A stretch of 64,000 bases of DNA from Nitrospinales bacterium (GTDB lineage: Bacteria > Nitrospinota > Nitrospinia > Nitrospinales > VA-1), in assembly GCA_965223345.1 (NCBI GenBank), contig CBDCWG010000012.1:2720001-2784000 (forward strand), given 5' to 3'. Numbering within the stretch: the first letter of the stretch is position 1; the number at the start of each line of letters is the position of its first letter. This document shows, in pieces, positions 41,299 through 52,374 of this stretch. The position numbers and the translations under genes are program-made. The notes under the pieces were generated by a model. The model saw nothing but the letters and a program-made list of their open reading frames with translations, was not told the origin of the DNA and made no database searches.

Positions 41299-41850
41299 AT
41301 GTGGAATGGTGCTCGCACCCCTCAATCCGGCAATCAACCCATCCATTACAACGTCGTCTCTCTCCCTCAGGACCGCATCGGCCTGGCCGCATCCGAAAAG
41401 GGCCTGTTCTGCCTGGTGCTCGGGCTGCAAAACGAACAGGAATTCCTCGATCTTCTGAAAAAATACCGGGTCCGCAACCCCGTCCGCGATGCGTCGCGGT
41501 TTGAGACCGTGACCCGCGAGCTTGAGCAGTATTACGCCGGCAAGCTGGAAACCTTTTCCTGCCCGCTGGATCTGACCCCGGGCACGGCGTTTCAGCAGCA
41601 GGTGTGGCGCACGCTGCAGACGATCCCCTACGGGGAGACCCGCAGCTACCGCTGGCTGGCAGAGGCTGTCGGCCGTCCCAGGGCGATGCGCGCGGTGGGC
41701 AATGCCAACGGCAAGAATCCGCTGCCGATCGTCGTCCCCTGTCACCGCGTGGTGCGTGAAAACGGCGGCCTGGGAGGGTACACCGGCGGCGTGCACATCA
41801 AACGATCCCTCCTGGATCTGGAATCGGGAATCCGTGGGGCTTTATCATAG
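41299..41850 (+). CDS. ogt: Methylated-DNA--protein-cysteine methyltransferase
   Basis: GTAFQQQVW, IPYGETRSY, RAVGNANGKNP, VPCHRV; start uncertain. Confidence 0.92.
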   Translation: MWNGARTPQSGNQPIHYNVVSLPQDRIGLAASEKGLFCLVLGLQNEQEFLDLLKKYRVRNPVRDASRFETVTRELEQYYAGKLETFSCPLDLTPGTAFQQQVWRTLQTIPYGETRSYRWLAEAVGRPRAMRAVGNANGKNPLPIVVPCHRVVRENGGLGGYTGGVHIKRSLLDLESGIRGALS

Positions 41851-42583
41851 TAAAGGCGTCGTCCTGAGACGGTTCAACCTGTCGGAAATGGACAAGGTGG
41901 TGACCGTGCTGACGGAGAAGTACGGCCGCGTGAAATGCGTGGCCCGCTCGGCGCGCAGGATCAAGAGCCGCTTTTCCGCTTCGCTGGAACCGCTGTCCTT
42001 CGTCGAGGTGGTGTATTTCGGCAAGGAGCAGCAGGAGCTGTTCAGCCTGAGTCAGGCGGACATCGTAGAATGGCACCCGTCGGTGCGCGAGGACCTGCCC
42101 CGGCTTTATCTGGGGATCTATTTCTGCGAACTCATCGACGCGTTTCTGCCCGAGGCGCATCCGGAGCCGAAGGCCTACGCGCTGCTCGTCGATGCGCTGA
42201 AGGCGCTGGCGGCGGGTGCGGGCCGGGAACCGCTGTGCCGCCTGTTCGAGATGCGGCTGTTGTGCCTGTCGGGATTCCGGCCGGAGCTCAACCGCTGCAC
42301 CGCCTGCGACGCGACCGCGATCAACGGCCGGGTCGGATTCGACGCGTCCCGCAACGGCATCCTGTGCGGCGATTGCATCGCAGACGGGACGCCGCGGTTC
42401 AGCACAGGCACGCTCAATTATCTGAAAAAACTGTTGACCCTGGATGTGCGCAACGCCGGCCGGTTGAAATTTCCCAGGGGAATGGATGCGGACATCGAAC
42501 GGGTGACGCACCGGCAGCTGTTGTCGCATCTGGAACGGGAACTCAAGTCCTATCCGTTTGTCAAATTCCGGCAGACGGGCTGA
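41834..42583 (+). CDS. recO: DNA repair protein RecO
   Basis: GVVLR...E.DK.V..LT...G....ARSAR..KSRF...LEP; C4 zinc motif; GTG start 41834. Confidence 0.9.
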   Translation: MGLYHSKGVVLRRFNLSEMDKVVTVLTEKYGRVKCVARSARRIKSRFSASLEPLSFVEVVYFGKEQQELFSLSQADIVEWHPSVREDLPRLYLGIYFCELIDAFLPEAHPEPKAYALLVDALKALAAGAGREPLCRLFEMRLLCLSGFRPELNRCTACDATAINGRVGFDASRNGILCGDCIADGTPRFSTGTLNYLKKLLTLDVRNAGRLKFPRGMDADIERVTHRQLLSHLERELKSYPFVKFRQTG

Positions 42584-42597
42584 AGCGAGGAGGCAAC

Positions 42598-42987
42598 ATG
42601 GATAAACACATCATCAAAACCGATCAGGCGCCTGCGGCCATCGGCCCGTACGAACAGGCTGTGCGCGTGGGTGACTTTTTATTCGTGTCCGGGCAGATTC
42701 CGCTGGACCCGGCCACAGGAGAATTTCTGCAGGGCAGCATCGAAGAGGAAACCGAACGCACGCTGAAAAGCCTCGATGCCATCCTCAAGGCGGCGGGGTT
42801 GACGCTGGATCACGTGGTCAAGACCACGGTGTACCTTTCGGACCTGAACGATTTTTCCCGCATGAACGCGGTGTACGCGACGTTCTTTTCGGAGAGCAAA
42901 CCGGCGCGGGCCTGCGTGCAGGTGGCGGCGCTGCCCAAGGCGTCGAAAATCGAGATCGACGCCATCGCCGTGGCGCGGGAGGGTTGA
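42598..42987 (+). CDS. ridA: RidA family reactive-intermediate deaminase
   Basis: APAAIGPY, SGQIP, VVKTTV, PARACV.V..LP; start ATG 42598 after GGAGG. Confidence 0.92.
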   Translation: MDKHIIKTDQAPAAIGPYEQAVRVGDFLFVSGQIPLDPATGEFLQGSIEEETERTLKSLDAILKAAGLTLDHVVKTTVYLSDLNDFSRMNAVYATFFSESKPARACVQVAALPKASKIEIDAIAVAREG

Positions 42988-42991
42988 GCGG

Positions 42992-43417
42992 ATGAAATTT
43001 CCCCGCAGTCCCTACGATAAAGAAGGCGGGCTGGTTTACTTCCCGCGCATGCTGGACAAGATCCGCATGCACCTCGCCGGAAAACTGGGGAACGAATACG
43101 TGCCGCTGCTCGGCAAGGGGTTCGACGGCCGCTGCTGCCGGTTTCTCGGCGTCGCCTACGAAGCGGTGGTGGAAAAGGTGAAACAGGGCTGCGGCGACAC
43201 AGAGATCCTCATCTGGTGCCGCGCCAACGGCCGCAGTCACGACGAGGAAGAAATTCTCGTGTGGAACAGCTTCATGACGAAACGGGCCTGGCGGGATGAG
43301 GACCCCGCGGTGCAGGAAAAACTGGACACGTTCAAACGTGAAGCCGGTCTGGAACACCGGGACGATATCCTCACCTACTTCGATTTTTTCGAAGTGGACG
43401 AAAAAAGAAAACCATGA
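42992..43417 (+). CDS. DUF5069-like protein
   Basis: PRSPY...GGLVYFPRMLDKIR...G.L..EY; FDFFEVDE. Confidence 0.75.
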   Translation: MKFPRSPYDKEGGLVYFPRMLDKIRMHLAGKLGNEYVPLLGKGFDGRCCRFLGVAYEAVVEKVKQGCGDTEILIWCRANGRSHDEEEILVWNSFMTKRAWRDEDPAVQEKLDTFKREAGLEHRDDILTYFDFFEVDEKRKP

Positions 43418-43683
43418 GCAAAAAAAACACCGGCCAGCGCAATTTTTTCCGCTTCATGACCCTGATCGGCGTCGTGGTGATCGGCGGCCTCGGCTACAGC
43501 TTCATCGTCGCCGCGCCCAACCTGAACGACGCCCCCCATCACACCGCCTCGCAGCCGGTCGAGAAATGCCTCGCCTGTCACGTGCAGACGATCGACACCG
43601 CCCCCATCATGCCGCACCGGCCGATGGGTTCGTGCACGTTCTGCCACCGTCCGCAAAAGGAAAATACAGAAACTCAGAAATGA
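43414..43683 (+). CDS. Small membrane-anchored dihaem cytochrome c (NapB-like spacing)
   Basis: N-terminal TM helix; PHH...CLACH...MPH...CTFCH. Confidence 0.8.
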   Translation: MSKKNTGQRNFFRFMTLIGVVVIGGLGYSFIVAAPNLNDAPHHTASQPVEKCLACHVQTIDTAPIMPHRPMGSCTFCHRPQKENTETQK

Positions 43684-45059
43684 ACGCGTGACGGCTTGCC
43701 GACGGGATACACGTTGAAGCCGATGTCGAAGAGTTTCTTGTGGTCGAGGTGGTTTCTGCCGTCGAAAATGAAGGCGGGCTTTTCCATCGAATCGTAAATT
43801 TTCTCGAAATCGAGATCGCGGTACTGTTTCCATTCGGTCAGCAGCGCGATGCCGTGCGCGCCGTTCGCCGCCTCGTAGGGATCCTCGATGAAATTGGCGA
43901 AGCCTTCCAGGCCCTTGAGATCTTTGCGCGCGTTGGGCAGCGCGTGCGGGTCGGTGATGTTGAGCAGCGCCCGCTCTTCCAGCAGCCGCTTGCAGATGAT
44001 GATGGCGGGCGCGTCGCGGGTGTCGCCGGTATCAGGCTTGAAGGCGAAGCCGAAGATGGCGATCTTTTTCTGCACCAGCGTGTTGAACATGGCCTGCAGG
44101 ATGCGTTTGACGAACCGCTCCATCTGGTGATCGTTGATGGAGACCACCTGTTTCCAGAATTCGGCGACTTCGTCGAGCTTGTAATGCTCGCACAGGTAGA
44201 CGAGGTTGAGGATGTCCTTGCGGAAACAGGAGCCGCCGAATCCCACGCCGGCGTTGAGGAATTTGCGGCCCACCCGGCTGTCCTTGCCCACCGCGTTGGC
44301 GACTTCCGACACGTCGGCTTCGGTCGCTTCGCAGATGGCGGAGATGCTGTTGATCGAGGAGATGCGCTGCGCCAGAAAGGCGTTGGAGGCGAGTTTCGAC
44401 AGCTCGCTGCTCCAGACGTTGGTGGTGATGAGCCGTTCCCGCGGCACCCAGTGCAGATAGATTTTCAACAGCTCGTCGCGCGCGGCGATGCCGGCGGCGG
44501 CGTCCTTGGAGCCGATGAGGATGCGGTCCGGCTCTTCCATGTCCTGGATCGCGGTGCCCTCCGCCATGAACTCGGGGTTGGACAGGATCTCAAAACGCGT
44601 ACTGTTGTTGCCGGAATGCAGGATGGTGTCCAGCGTTTCGGCGGCGCGCACGGGAATGGTGCTCTTTTCGATGACGATTTTGTCGGAGCGGGAGTTCTCG
44701 CGGATGCGGCGGGCGGTGTTTTCCATGAACTGCATGTCCGCCGCCTTGCCGGCGCCTTCGCCGAAGGTCTTGGTCGGCGTGTTCACGGAAACGAAGATGA
44801 TGTCCGCCTCGTCGATCTCCTTGTCGATGTCGGTGGAGAAAAACAGATTCTTGCCGCGGGCGTTTTCCACGCGTTCTTTCAGGCCGGGTTCGAAAATCGG
44901 CAGCTCACTGGAATTCCAGGCCGCGATGCGCGGCTCGGAAATATCCACGACGGTGACTTTGTAATCGGGACATTTATTGGCGATCACGGTCATGGTGGGG
45001 CCGCCCACGTAACCCGCACCGATGCAGACGATGTTCTTGTAGAAAGTTTTGCCGCTCAT
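43674..45059 (-). CDS. ugd: UDP-glucose 6-dehydrogenase
   Basis: GAGYVGGPT, EKSTIPV, SNPEF.AEG, GFGGSCFRKD, AFKPDTGDTR. Confidence 0.95.
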   Translation of the reverse strand: MSGKTFYKNIVCIGAGYVGGPTMTVIANKCPDYKVTVVDISEPRIAAWNSSELPIFEPGLKERVENARGKNLFFSTDIDKEIDEADIIFVSVNTPTKTFGEGAGKAADMQFMENTARRIRENSRSDKIVIEKSTIPVRAAETLDTILHSGNNSTRFEILSNPEFMAEGTAIQDMEEPDRILIGSKDAAAGIAARDELLKIYLHWVPRERLITTNVWSSELSKLASNAFLAQRISSINSISAICEATEADVSEVANAVGKDSRVGRKFLNAGVGFGGSCFRKDILNLVYLCEHYKLDEVAEFWKQVVSINDHQMERFVKRILQAMFNTLVQKKIAIFGFAFKPDTGDTRDAPAIIICKRLLEERALLNITDPHALPNARKDLKGLEGFANFIEDPYEAANGAHGIALLTEWKQYRDLDFEKIYDSMEKPAFIFDGRNHLDHKKLFDIGFNVYPVGKPSRVHF

Positions 45060-45107
45060 TCTGTCTCCTCAGCCCCCGGTGTGAAAGATAAAAACAGGTA
45101 GGTAAAT

Positions 45108-45143
45108 AAAAAAAAGGCCCGGTCTGTTTGCAGACCGGACCTC
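45108..45143 (-). terminator. Intrinsic terminator after the c554-like gene
   Basis: Minus strand AGGTCCGGTCTG-CAAA-CAGACCGGGCCT followed by a T tract. Confidence 0.85.
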
Positions 45144-45168
45144 TTTTCAGATCAAGCGATGCCAGGAA

Positions 45169-45999
45169 TCATTTTTGATATTTGAATTCCTTTTTCTTGA
45201 AGCTGTAGGGCATCTTTTTCTTGTTGAACACGAGCTTGTCTTTTTTGACGATGAAGTCCTCGATGACCAGAGGCGTTTCCTCGGACTTGGCTTTCTCCTT
45301 CTTGCGGTCGTCTACCTTTTCCAGCTTCTGGTCTTCGTTGTCCTCGCTCCAGTATTTTTCGGTCGGATGGACCTTCTTTTTGCGCTCTTCAAAGTCGAAC
45401 TTGTATTTTTCGTGCACGTCCGGCTGGAACGGCGTGCGCTTGTGCGTGTGGCAGCGGGTGCACACGTTGGCGTAGTCCCAGCGTTGCCCGTATTTCTCGA
45501 TGTCGGCTTTCGTGAAGTCCCCCTTGGTGTTCTTCATGACCACGCGGAACTGCGAGCCGCCGGCAACGGAGTGACACATCTCGCAGCCCACCTGCTCCAG
45601 ATTGGGTTCTTCCGGATCGATGGTGGAGCCGATGTCTTTACCCTTTTTGTTTTTCGTGCCCGGCGGTTTGAAACCGCCTGCCTGCCGGTAGCCGGTGGTG
45701 TGGCAACGCAGACAGAGCGGGTTGTTGGTGTAGTCTTTCTGCGGGTCGAGTTTGACGCGTTTTTTTGCCTCTTCACGCACGCCGGGTTTCAACAGTTCGT
45801 AAGTTTTACCGTGCGGTGATTCTTTCCACGCCTGGTAATAAGGATCGTGACAGCTGCCGTTGCATTTGACCGCACCGACGAAAGAAGGCTTTTTGGGAAT
45901 TTTCTTTTTCTTCTTTTTGGCGTCGGCTTCGCCGGCTCCCGACAGAACGATCACGGCGGCAATCAAAACTAGGCTCAAAAACTTGATGGTCTTACCCAT
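45169..45999 (-). CDS. Tetrahaem cytochrome c554-like protein
   Basis: Signal peptide from ATG 45999; FVGAVKCNGSCH, CLRCHTTG, VGCEMCH, CTRCH; L+PG...EAK....LDP.KDYT is c554-like. Confidence 0.82.
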   Translation of the reverse strand: MGKTIKFLSLVLIAAVIVLSGAGEADAKKKKKKIPKKPSFVGAVKCNGSCHDPYYQAWKESPHGKTYELLKPGVREEAKKRVKLDPQKDYTNNPLCLRCHTTGYRQAGGFKPPGTKNKKGKDIGSTIDPEEPNLEQVGCEMCHSVAGGSQFRVVMKNTKGDFTKADIEKYGQRWDYANVCTRCHTHKRTPFQPDVHEKYKFDFEERKKKVHPTEKYWSEDNEDQKLEKVDDRKKEKAKSEETPLVIEDFIVKKDKLVFNKKKMPYSFKKKEFKYQK

Positions 46000-46306
46000 T
46001 ATTTCCTCCCAGGTGCGGAAAAAGGAACGAAAGGCAATGTGCGTCGAAACAAAGTGGGAAGAATAAACCAAAACCGCAAAGGGGTCAAGCCCGATTTCGG
46101 ATAACTTCTTGTAAACACAGGTTTCCTCATGCAGGGTCCCGCAGACCCCCTCCCACACTCCCGCCTGGTTTGTGTGCAAATACTATTGCAACTTGAATGC
46201 CGCAAACTGGAAAAACCTTACAGCGAAGCTTATCAATCGGTTATTATCCCTGCGGGTTTGTATTCGAGATGTCCTGTCCCAATCTGAAACGCGTTTGTGT
46301 GCCGAA

Positions 46307-47344
46307 ATGAAACTGTCCGAATTCGATTTTGAACTTCCCCCGGAGCTCATCGCCCAAGCCCCCGCTTCCAAACGCGACGGATCGCGGCTGCTGGTGTACG
46401 ACCGCAGGACGCAGACGATCGCACATGCAGTGTTTGCGGACCTGCCCGCGTTTCTGCCGCAGCGGGCGCTGCTTGTGTTCAACGACACGCGGGTACTGCC
46501 GGCCAAGCTGATCGGGAATTTCAAAGAAAGCGGAAAAAAGGTGGAACTGCTGCTGGTGCGGGAGCGCGCGCCGAAATGCTGGGAGGCGCTGCTCAAGGGC
46601 GTCGGCCGCCTGACGCCGGGCACCGGGCTCGAGTTCGGCGGCGGCGCTCTCAAAGCGGTGTTCCGCGAGCGGTCCGGCGACCGGGGCCTGTTCGATCTGC
46701 ACTACGAGGGCGAGCTTGCGGCCATCCTGAAGCGGATCGCCTTCGCGCCGCTGCCGCCTTATATCCAGCGAAAGGAGACGCAGCAGGACGGAACACGCAC
46801 GGAGGATCAGGCGCGCTACCAGACAGTGTACGCCGCCTCGGAGGGGGCGATCGCCGCGCCCACGGCGGGGCTGCATTTCACCGGGGAAATGCTCGCTTCC
46901 CTGGAACAGGACAAGATTTTCGTGACGCTGCACGTGGGGGTCGGCACCTTCCAGCCGATCCGGGTGGAGACGGTGACGCAGCACAAAATGGAGCCCGAGT
47001 TTTACAGGGTGTCGGCTGAGGCCGCGAGCAAGCTGCATGCGGCCAAACAGGCCGGTCAGCCGATTCTGGCCGTGGGCAGCACGTCAACGCGGGTGCTGGA
47101 GTCGCTGGATCTAGATGTGGAAATCAAAGAAGAGAGAACGGGCTGGACGGACCGGTTTCTCTATCCGGGTCAGCCGTTTAAAAACGTGGATCACCTGCTG
47201 ACAAATTTTCATTTGCCCAAATCCACTTTGTATTTGCTGGTGTGTGCGTTTGCCGGAAAGGGGGCGATGGAAAGGGCCTATCAGGAAGCCATCCAAAAGG
47301 GATACCGCTTTTTCAGCTATGGGGACGCCATGTTGATCCTTTGA
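46307..47344 (+). CDS. queA: S-adenosylmethionine:tRNA ribosyltransferase-isomerase
   Basis: FDFELPPELIAQ, PLPPYI, AAPTAGLHF, TNFHLPKSTL, YRFFSYGDAM; start ATG 46307. Confidence 0.96.
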   Translation: MKLSEFDFELPPELIAQAPASKRDGSRLLVYDRRTQTIAHAVFADLPAFLPQRALLVFNDTRVLPAKLIGNFKESGKKVELLLVRERAPKCWEALLKGVGRLTPGTGLEFGGGALKAVFRERSGDRGLFDLHYEGELAAILKRIAFAPLPPYIQRKETQQDGTRTEDQARYQTVYAASEGAIAAPTAGLHFTGEMLASLEQDKIFVTLHVGVGTFQPIRVETVTQHKMEPEFYRVSAEAASKLHAAKQAGQPILAVGSTSTRVLESLDLDVEIKEERTGWTDRFLYPGQPFKNVDHLLTNFHLPKSTLYLLVCAFAGKGAMERAYQEAIQKGYRFFSYGDAMLIL

Positions 47345-47358
47345 CGCAAGGACCGGGG

Positions 47359-47378
47359 CCGTGGAGGCGTCTCCACGG
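47359..47378. terminator. Hairpin between the convergent queA and HU/IHF genes
   Basis: CCGTGGAG-GCGT-CTCCACGG; no clear T tract. Confidence 0.45.
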
Positions 47379-47405
47379 GGATGTTTCAGGTGCTCCGGAA
47401 GGGGG

Positions 47406-47687
47406 TCACCCTTCCTGGTTGACAGCCTGCTTGAAGTGTTTTCCGGATTTGAAGCGTACCACTTTACGCGCCGTGATTTCAGCTTCTTCACCGGTTTTGG
47501 GATTGCGGCCGACACGTTTGGATTTCTGCCGCACTTGAAAGGTGCCAAACCGGCGCAAAATCACAGGCTCGCCATGACCCAGCGATTCTTTGATCAACTC
47601 GATAACCGTCTCGACCGCTTCTTCAGCTTTTGACCTGGACAGGCTGGCGCGGGAAGAAACTTGATTGATAATATCCTGCTTGGTCAT
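47406..47687 (-). CDS. HU/IHF family DNA-binding protein (IHF-alpha-like)
   Basis: MTKQD, FGTFQVRQK..RVGRNPKTGE...I.ARKVVRFK. Confidence 0.93.
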   Translation of the reverse strand: MTKQDIINQVSSRASLSRSKAEEAVETVIELIKESLGHGEPVILRRFGTFQVRQKSKRVGRNPKTGEEAEITARKVVRFKSGKHFKQAVNQEG

Positions 47688-48294
47688 GGCCCCTCCTTGA
47701 GAAAGACAAATTAATATTTTATTTTCAAATCGTTCGCGGCATTCGACCGGTTTTTCATCTGGGTCGGCCCGGCACCCCTGCGAGCCCGGCTCTGTTGTGC
47801 AAAAACCTTCGAAATTCGCCCCTCCAAAACTGGAGGGCTAATTGTTCAATATTTGTCTGAAAAACGCAATCAAAATCCGAGAACCAAAGCCGGGGCCTTT
47901 TTAATCTGGAATCCTGCCACGATTTCTGCCCGCAAGGAATCCACCCCAATTCTTTCCCTTATGTAGATTTATCCACTTTACCACTTATATTAAAAATTTC
48001 AATACCTTAATCCACTTTTTCCTGTCTTTTTTCTTCTACTCAAATGATTTCAAATAATTAAGATTAACCTTTTTTAATGAAAATCCCGAATCCGGGCGGC
48101 TCGAAATGGGCTGAAAAACCGGGGCTTCGCGATTTTCGGCGGAAAAGGGCAAAAATCGAGGCGGTGAAAACGCCTTAAATTATTGTATTTATTAATTTTA
48201 TTTAATTTTTGCCGGCGCGGCGCGGAGTTCGGATATTCTGAGGGGCGAAATTACCGGGGTTTTTGCGGTGAAAAAATAATCGGGCGGGGGGCGG

Positions 48295-48582
48295 TCAGTC
48301 CTTTTTTTTGACGATCTGGTACACCGTTTCGCCGGGTTTGACCAGATTCAGCTTTTCCCGGGCGATCTTTTCGACGGCGCGGGGGTCGGACTTCAAGCCT
48401 TCGATCTCGGCGCGGATGCGGGTGTTTTCTTTTTTCAGCGATTCGTTGCTCTGCTTGAGCTGAATGATTTCCTTTTCCAGCTCGAACACGGTGAGAATGC
48501 CGTCGTCGTGAAACACGGCAACAAGCAGCATCACCACGAAAAAGATGAGGCCGAAAACGATGCTTTGCTTGTACAGGTTCAT
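48295..48582 (-). CDS. ftsB: Septum formation initiator (FtsB/DivIC family)
   Basis: TM helix, coiled coil, EKIAREKL.LVKPGE; follows eno. Confidence 0.85.
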   Translation of the reverse strand: MNLYKQSIVFGLIFFVVMLLVAVFHDDGILTVFELEKEIIQLKQSNESLKKENTRIRAEIEGLKSDPRAVEKIAREKLNLVKPGETVYQIVKKKD

Positions 48583-48655
48583 GGGCGTGGGGCGTTTCTC
48601 TCCTTCAGCGTTGATTCGAGGCCGGATGAGTGGGGAGAGGGAATGCGGCTGCGTG

Positions 48656-49963
<1,308 letters not shown>

Positions 49964-51253
49964 TCAGCCTTTGGCTTTTTTCAGGGCCTTGTGGTGGGCC
50001 TGGATGGTTTTTGCGATGTCTTCTTCTGTGTGCACCGCCGACATGAAACCCGCCTCGAACTGGGAGGGCGCGATGTACACGCCTTCTTCGAGCAGGGCGT
50101 TGAAGTAACGCTGGAACAGGCCGGTGTCGCAGGATTTCACCGAATCGAAGTTGACGATCGTTTCATGGGTGAAAAACATCGAGAACATCGACCCGACGCG
50201 TGTGAACCGGGCTTCGATTCCCAGCTGCCTGGCGTTTTCCTTGAAACCGGAGCACAGCGCGTCGGCTTTTTTCTCGAGATCCTCGTACACGCCCTCGCCG
50301 GACAGCAGATTGACCATCTGGTTGCCGGCGGCCATCGCCAGCGGGTTGCCGGACAGGGTGCCCGCCTGATAGACCGCGCCGGTCGGGGCGATCAAGTCCA
50401 TCCATTTTTTCGCGCCGCCGTAAGCGCCGACCGGCAGGCCGCCGCCGATGATCTTGCCGAGGCAGGTGAGATCGGGCGTGACGCCGTACAGGGTCTGGGC
50501 GCCGCCGAGGCCCACGCGGAATCCGGTGATGACTTCATCGAAGATGAGCAGCGCGCCGGCTTTCTCTGTGACGCTGCGCAGCGTTTCCAGGAATCCCGGC
50601 TGCGGCGGCACGACGCCCATGTTGCCGCCGATGGGCTCGACGATGACGCAGGCGATGCCCTCCCCTTCCTTGGCGAACAGATCTTCGACCGCTTTCGCGT
50701 CGTTGAACGGCAGGTTGAGGGTGTTTTTAGCTAGGTCGGCGACGATGCCCGGGCATTCGGGAATGCCCAGCGAAGCCAGCCCGGAGCCCGCCTTGACCAG
50801 CATGCTGTCGCCGTGGCCGTGGTAGCAGCCTTCGAATTTGAGGATCTTGTCGCGGCCGGTGGCGCCGCGCGCCAGGCGAATGGCGCTCATCACCGCTTCG
50901 GTGCCGGAGTTCACCATGCGCACCACTTCCACCGATGGCAGGGCGCGCACCACTTTTTCTGCCAGCTCGATTTCCAGCTCGGTGGACGCGCCGTAACTGG
51001 TGCCGCGCTCCGCCTGTTTGTGAATGGCGGCGACGATGTCCGGATGGGCGTGGCCGAATATCAGCGGCCCCCACGAGGCCACGTAGTCGATGAAATCGTT
51101 GCCGTCCACATCGTAGATGCGCGCCCCTTGCGCGCGGTCGATGAACAGCGGGTTGCCGCCGACGGCCTTGAAAGCCCGCACCGGGCTGTTGACGCCGCCC
51201 GGCATCACTTTCTGGGCGCGCGAGAAAAAAACTTCAGACTGTTTGCGGTTCAC
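49964..51253 (-). CDS. hemL: Glutamate-1-semialdehyde 2,1-aminomutase
   Basis: [47 protein letters not shown]. Confidence 0.97.
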   Translation of the reverse strand: MNRKQSEVFFSRAQKVMPGGVNSPVRAFKAVGGNPLFIDRAQGARIYDVDGNDFIDYVASWGPLIFGHAHPDIVAAIHKQAERGTSYGASTELEIELAEKVVRALPSVEVVRMVNSGTEAVMSAIRLARGATGRDKILKFEGCYHGHGDSMLVKAGSGLASLGIPECPGIVADLAKNTLNLPFNDAKAVEDLFAKEGEGIACVIVEPIGGNMGVVPPQPGFLETLRSVTEKAGALLIFDEVITGFRVGLGGAQTLYGVTPDLTCLGKIIGGGLPVGAYGGAKKWMDLIAPTGAVYQAGTLSGNPLAMAAGNQMVNLLSGEGVYEDLEKKADALCSGFKENARQLGIEARFTRVGSMFSMFFTHETIVNFDSVKSCDTGLFQRYFNALLEEGVYIAPSQFEAGFMSAVHTEEDIAKTIQAHHKALKKAKG

Positions 51254-51347
51254 TTTTAAAAGGGCCTTATTAAAATCAATATTGTTATTTCAGGCAACTC
51301 GCCGGCCCTCAAAAAGGGCCGCTTCGTGCCACACGTCTTTTTCCGAT

Positions 51348-52208
51348 TTATCCTGAATTTCCAAATAAAAGGGCGAGGTCTTCTCTGAGTCCGGCGGGGA
51401 TCCGCTTGGGATCCGTGATGACGGCGTGGGTTGCCGCGGAGCCGCAGGCGCAGCCCCTTTCCGCTTTCACCTCTGTCACGAGTTCCTTCAGCACGACCTG
51501 AGCGCGTTCGACATTTTTGTGCATGATTTCCAGCACCGCTTCCACGGTGACGGCTTCCTCCTCGACGTGCCAGCAGTCGTAGTCCGTGACCAGCGCCAGC
51601 GTAGCGTAGCAGATTCCGGCCTCGCGCGCCAGCTTTGCCTCGGTGACGTTGGTCATGCCGATCACATCGACGCCCCATTGCCGGTACAGATGAGATTCGG
51701 CGCGGGTGGAGAACTGCGGCCCCTCGATGCAGATGTAGGTGCCGCCCGCGTGCACCTCGGTGCCGGACTTTTTCGCGGCGGCGGTGAGCCAGGGGGCCAG
51801 TTCCGGGCAGATGGGGTCGGCGAAGCCGACGTGCCCGACCATGCCGGTGGTGAAAAACGTGCTGATCCTGCGGGTCGTGCGGTCGATGAACTGGTCCGGA
51901 ACGGCGAAATGCCCCGGCGCGATGCCCTCTTTCATGCTGCCCACGGCGCTGATCGAGACGATGCGCTTCACGCCGAGCTTTTTCATGGCGAAGATGTTGG
52001 CGCGGAAGTTGATCTCCGAGGGCGGGATGAAATGACCGCTGCCGTGACGCGGGATGAAGGCGAGCGATCGGTCGTTCAATTCGCCCATCACCACCTCGTC
52101 GGAAGGGCTTCCGAACGGGGTTTCGACCGCCAGCCGCTCGCGCACGGTCAATTCCTTCATCTGATACAAGCCGCTGCCGCCGATCACGCCCAGTATTTCA
52201 TCACTCAT
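51348..52208 (-). CDS. mtnP: S-methyl-5'-thioadenosine phosphorylase
   Basis: IGGSGLY, PRHG, EGPQFSTRAES, IGMT, TDYDCW. Confidence 0.93.
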   Translation of the reverse strand: MSDEILGVIGGSGLYQMKELTVRERLAVETPFGSPSDEVVMGELNDRSLAFIPRHGSGHFIPPSEINFRANIFAMKKLGVKRIVSISAVGSMKEGIAPGHFAVPDQFIDRTTRRISTFFTTGMVGHVGFADPICPELAPWLTAAAKKSGTEVHAGGTYICIEGPQFSTRAESHLYRQWGVDVIGMTNVTEAKLAREAGICYATLALVTDYDCWHVEEEAVTVEAVLEIMHKNVERAQVVLKELVTEVKAERGCACGSAATHAVITDPKRIPAGLREDLALLFGNSG

Positions 52209-52374
52209 GCCGCCTCTCCTCGTTCGCTGGTTGCCGATGGGCCTCCACTATAAACCATGTGACGAAAAAATCCTCGCTGCAATTGCGGTCCCGGCGGCGC
52301 GGGGAGCCGATTGCGGGCGTTTTGAGGGTTTGGGATATAGAGTTCGCAGGGCGGGAGGGTCAAAGGCGGGGGAA

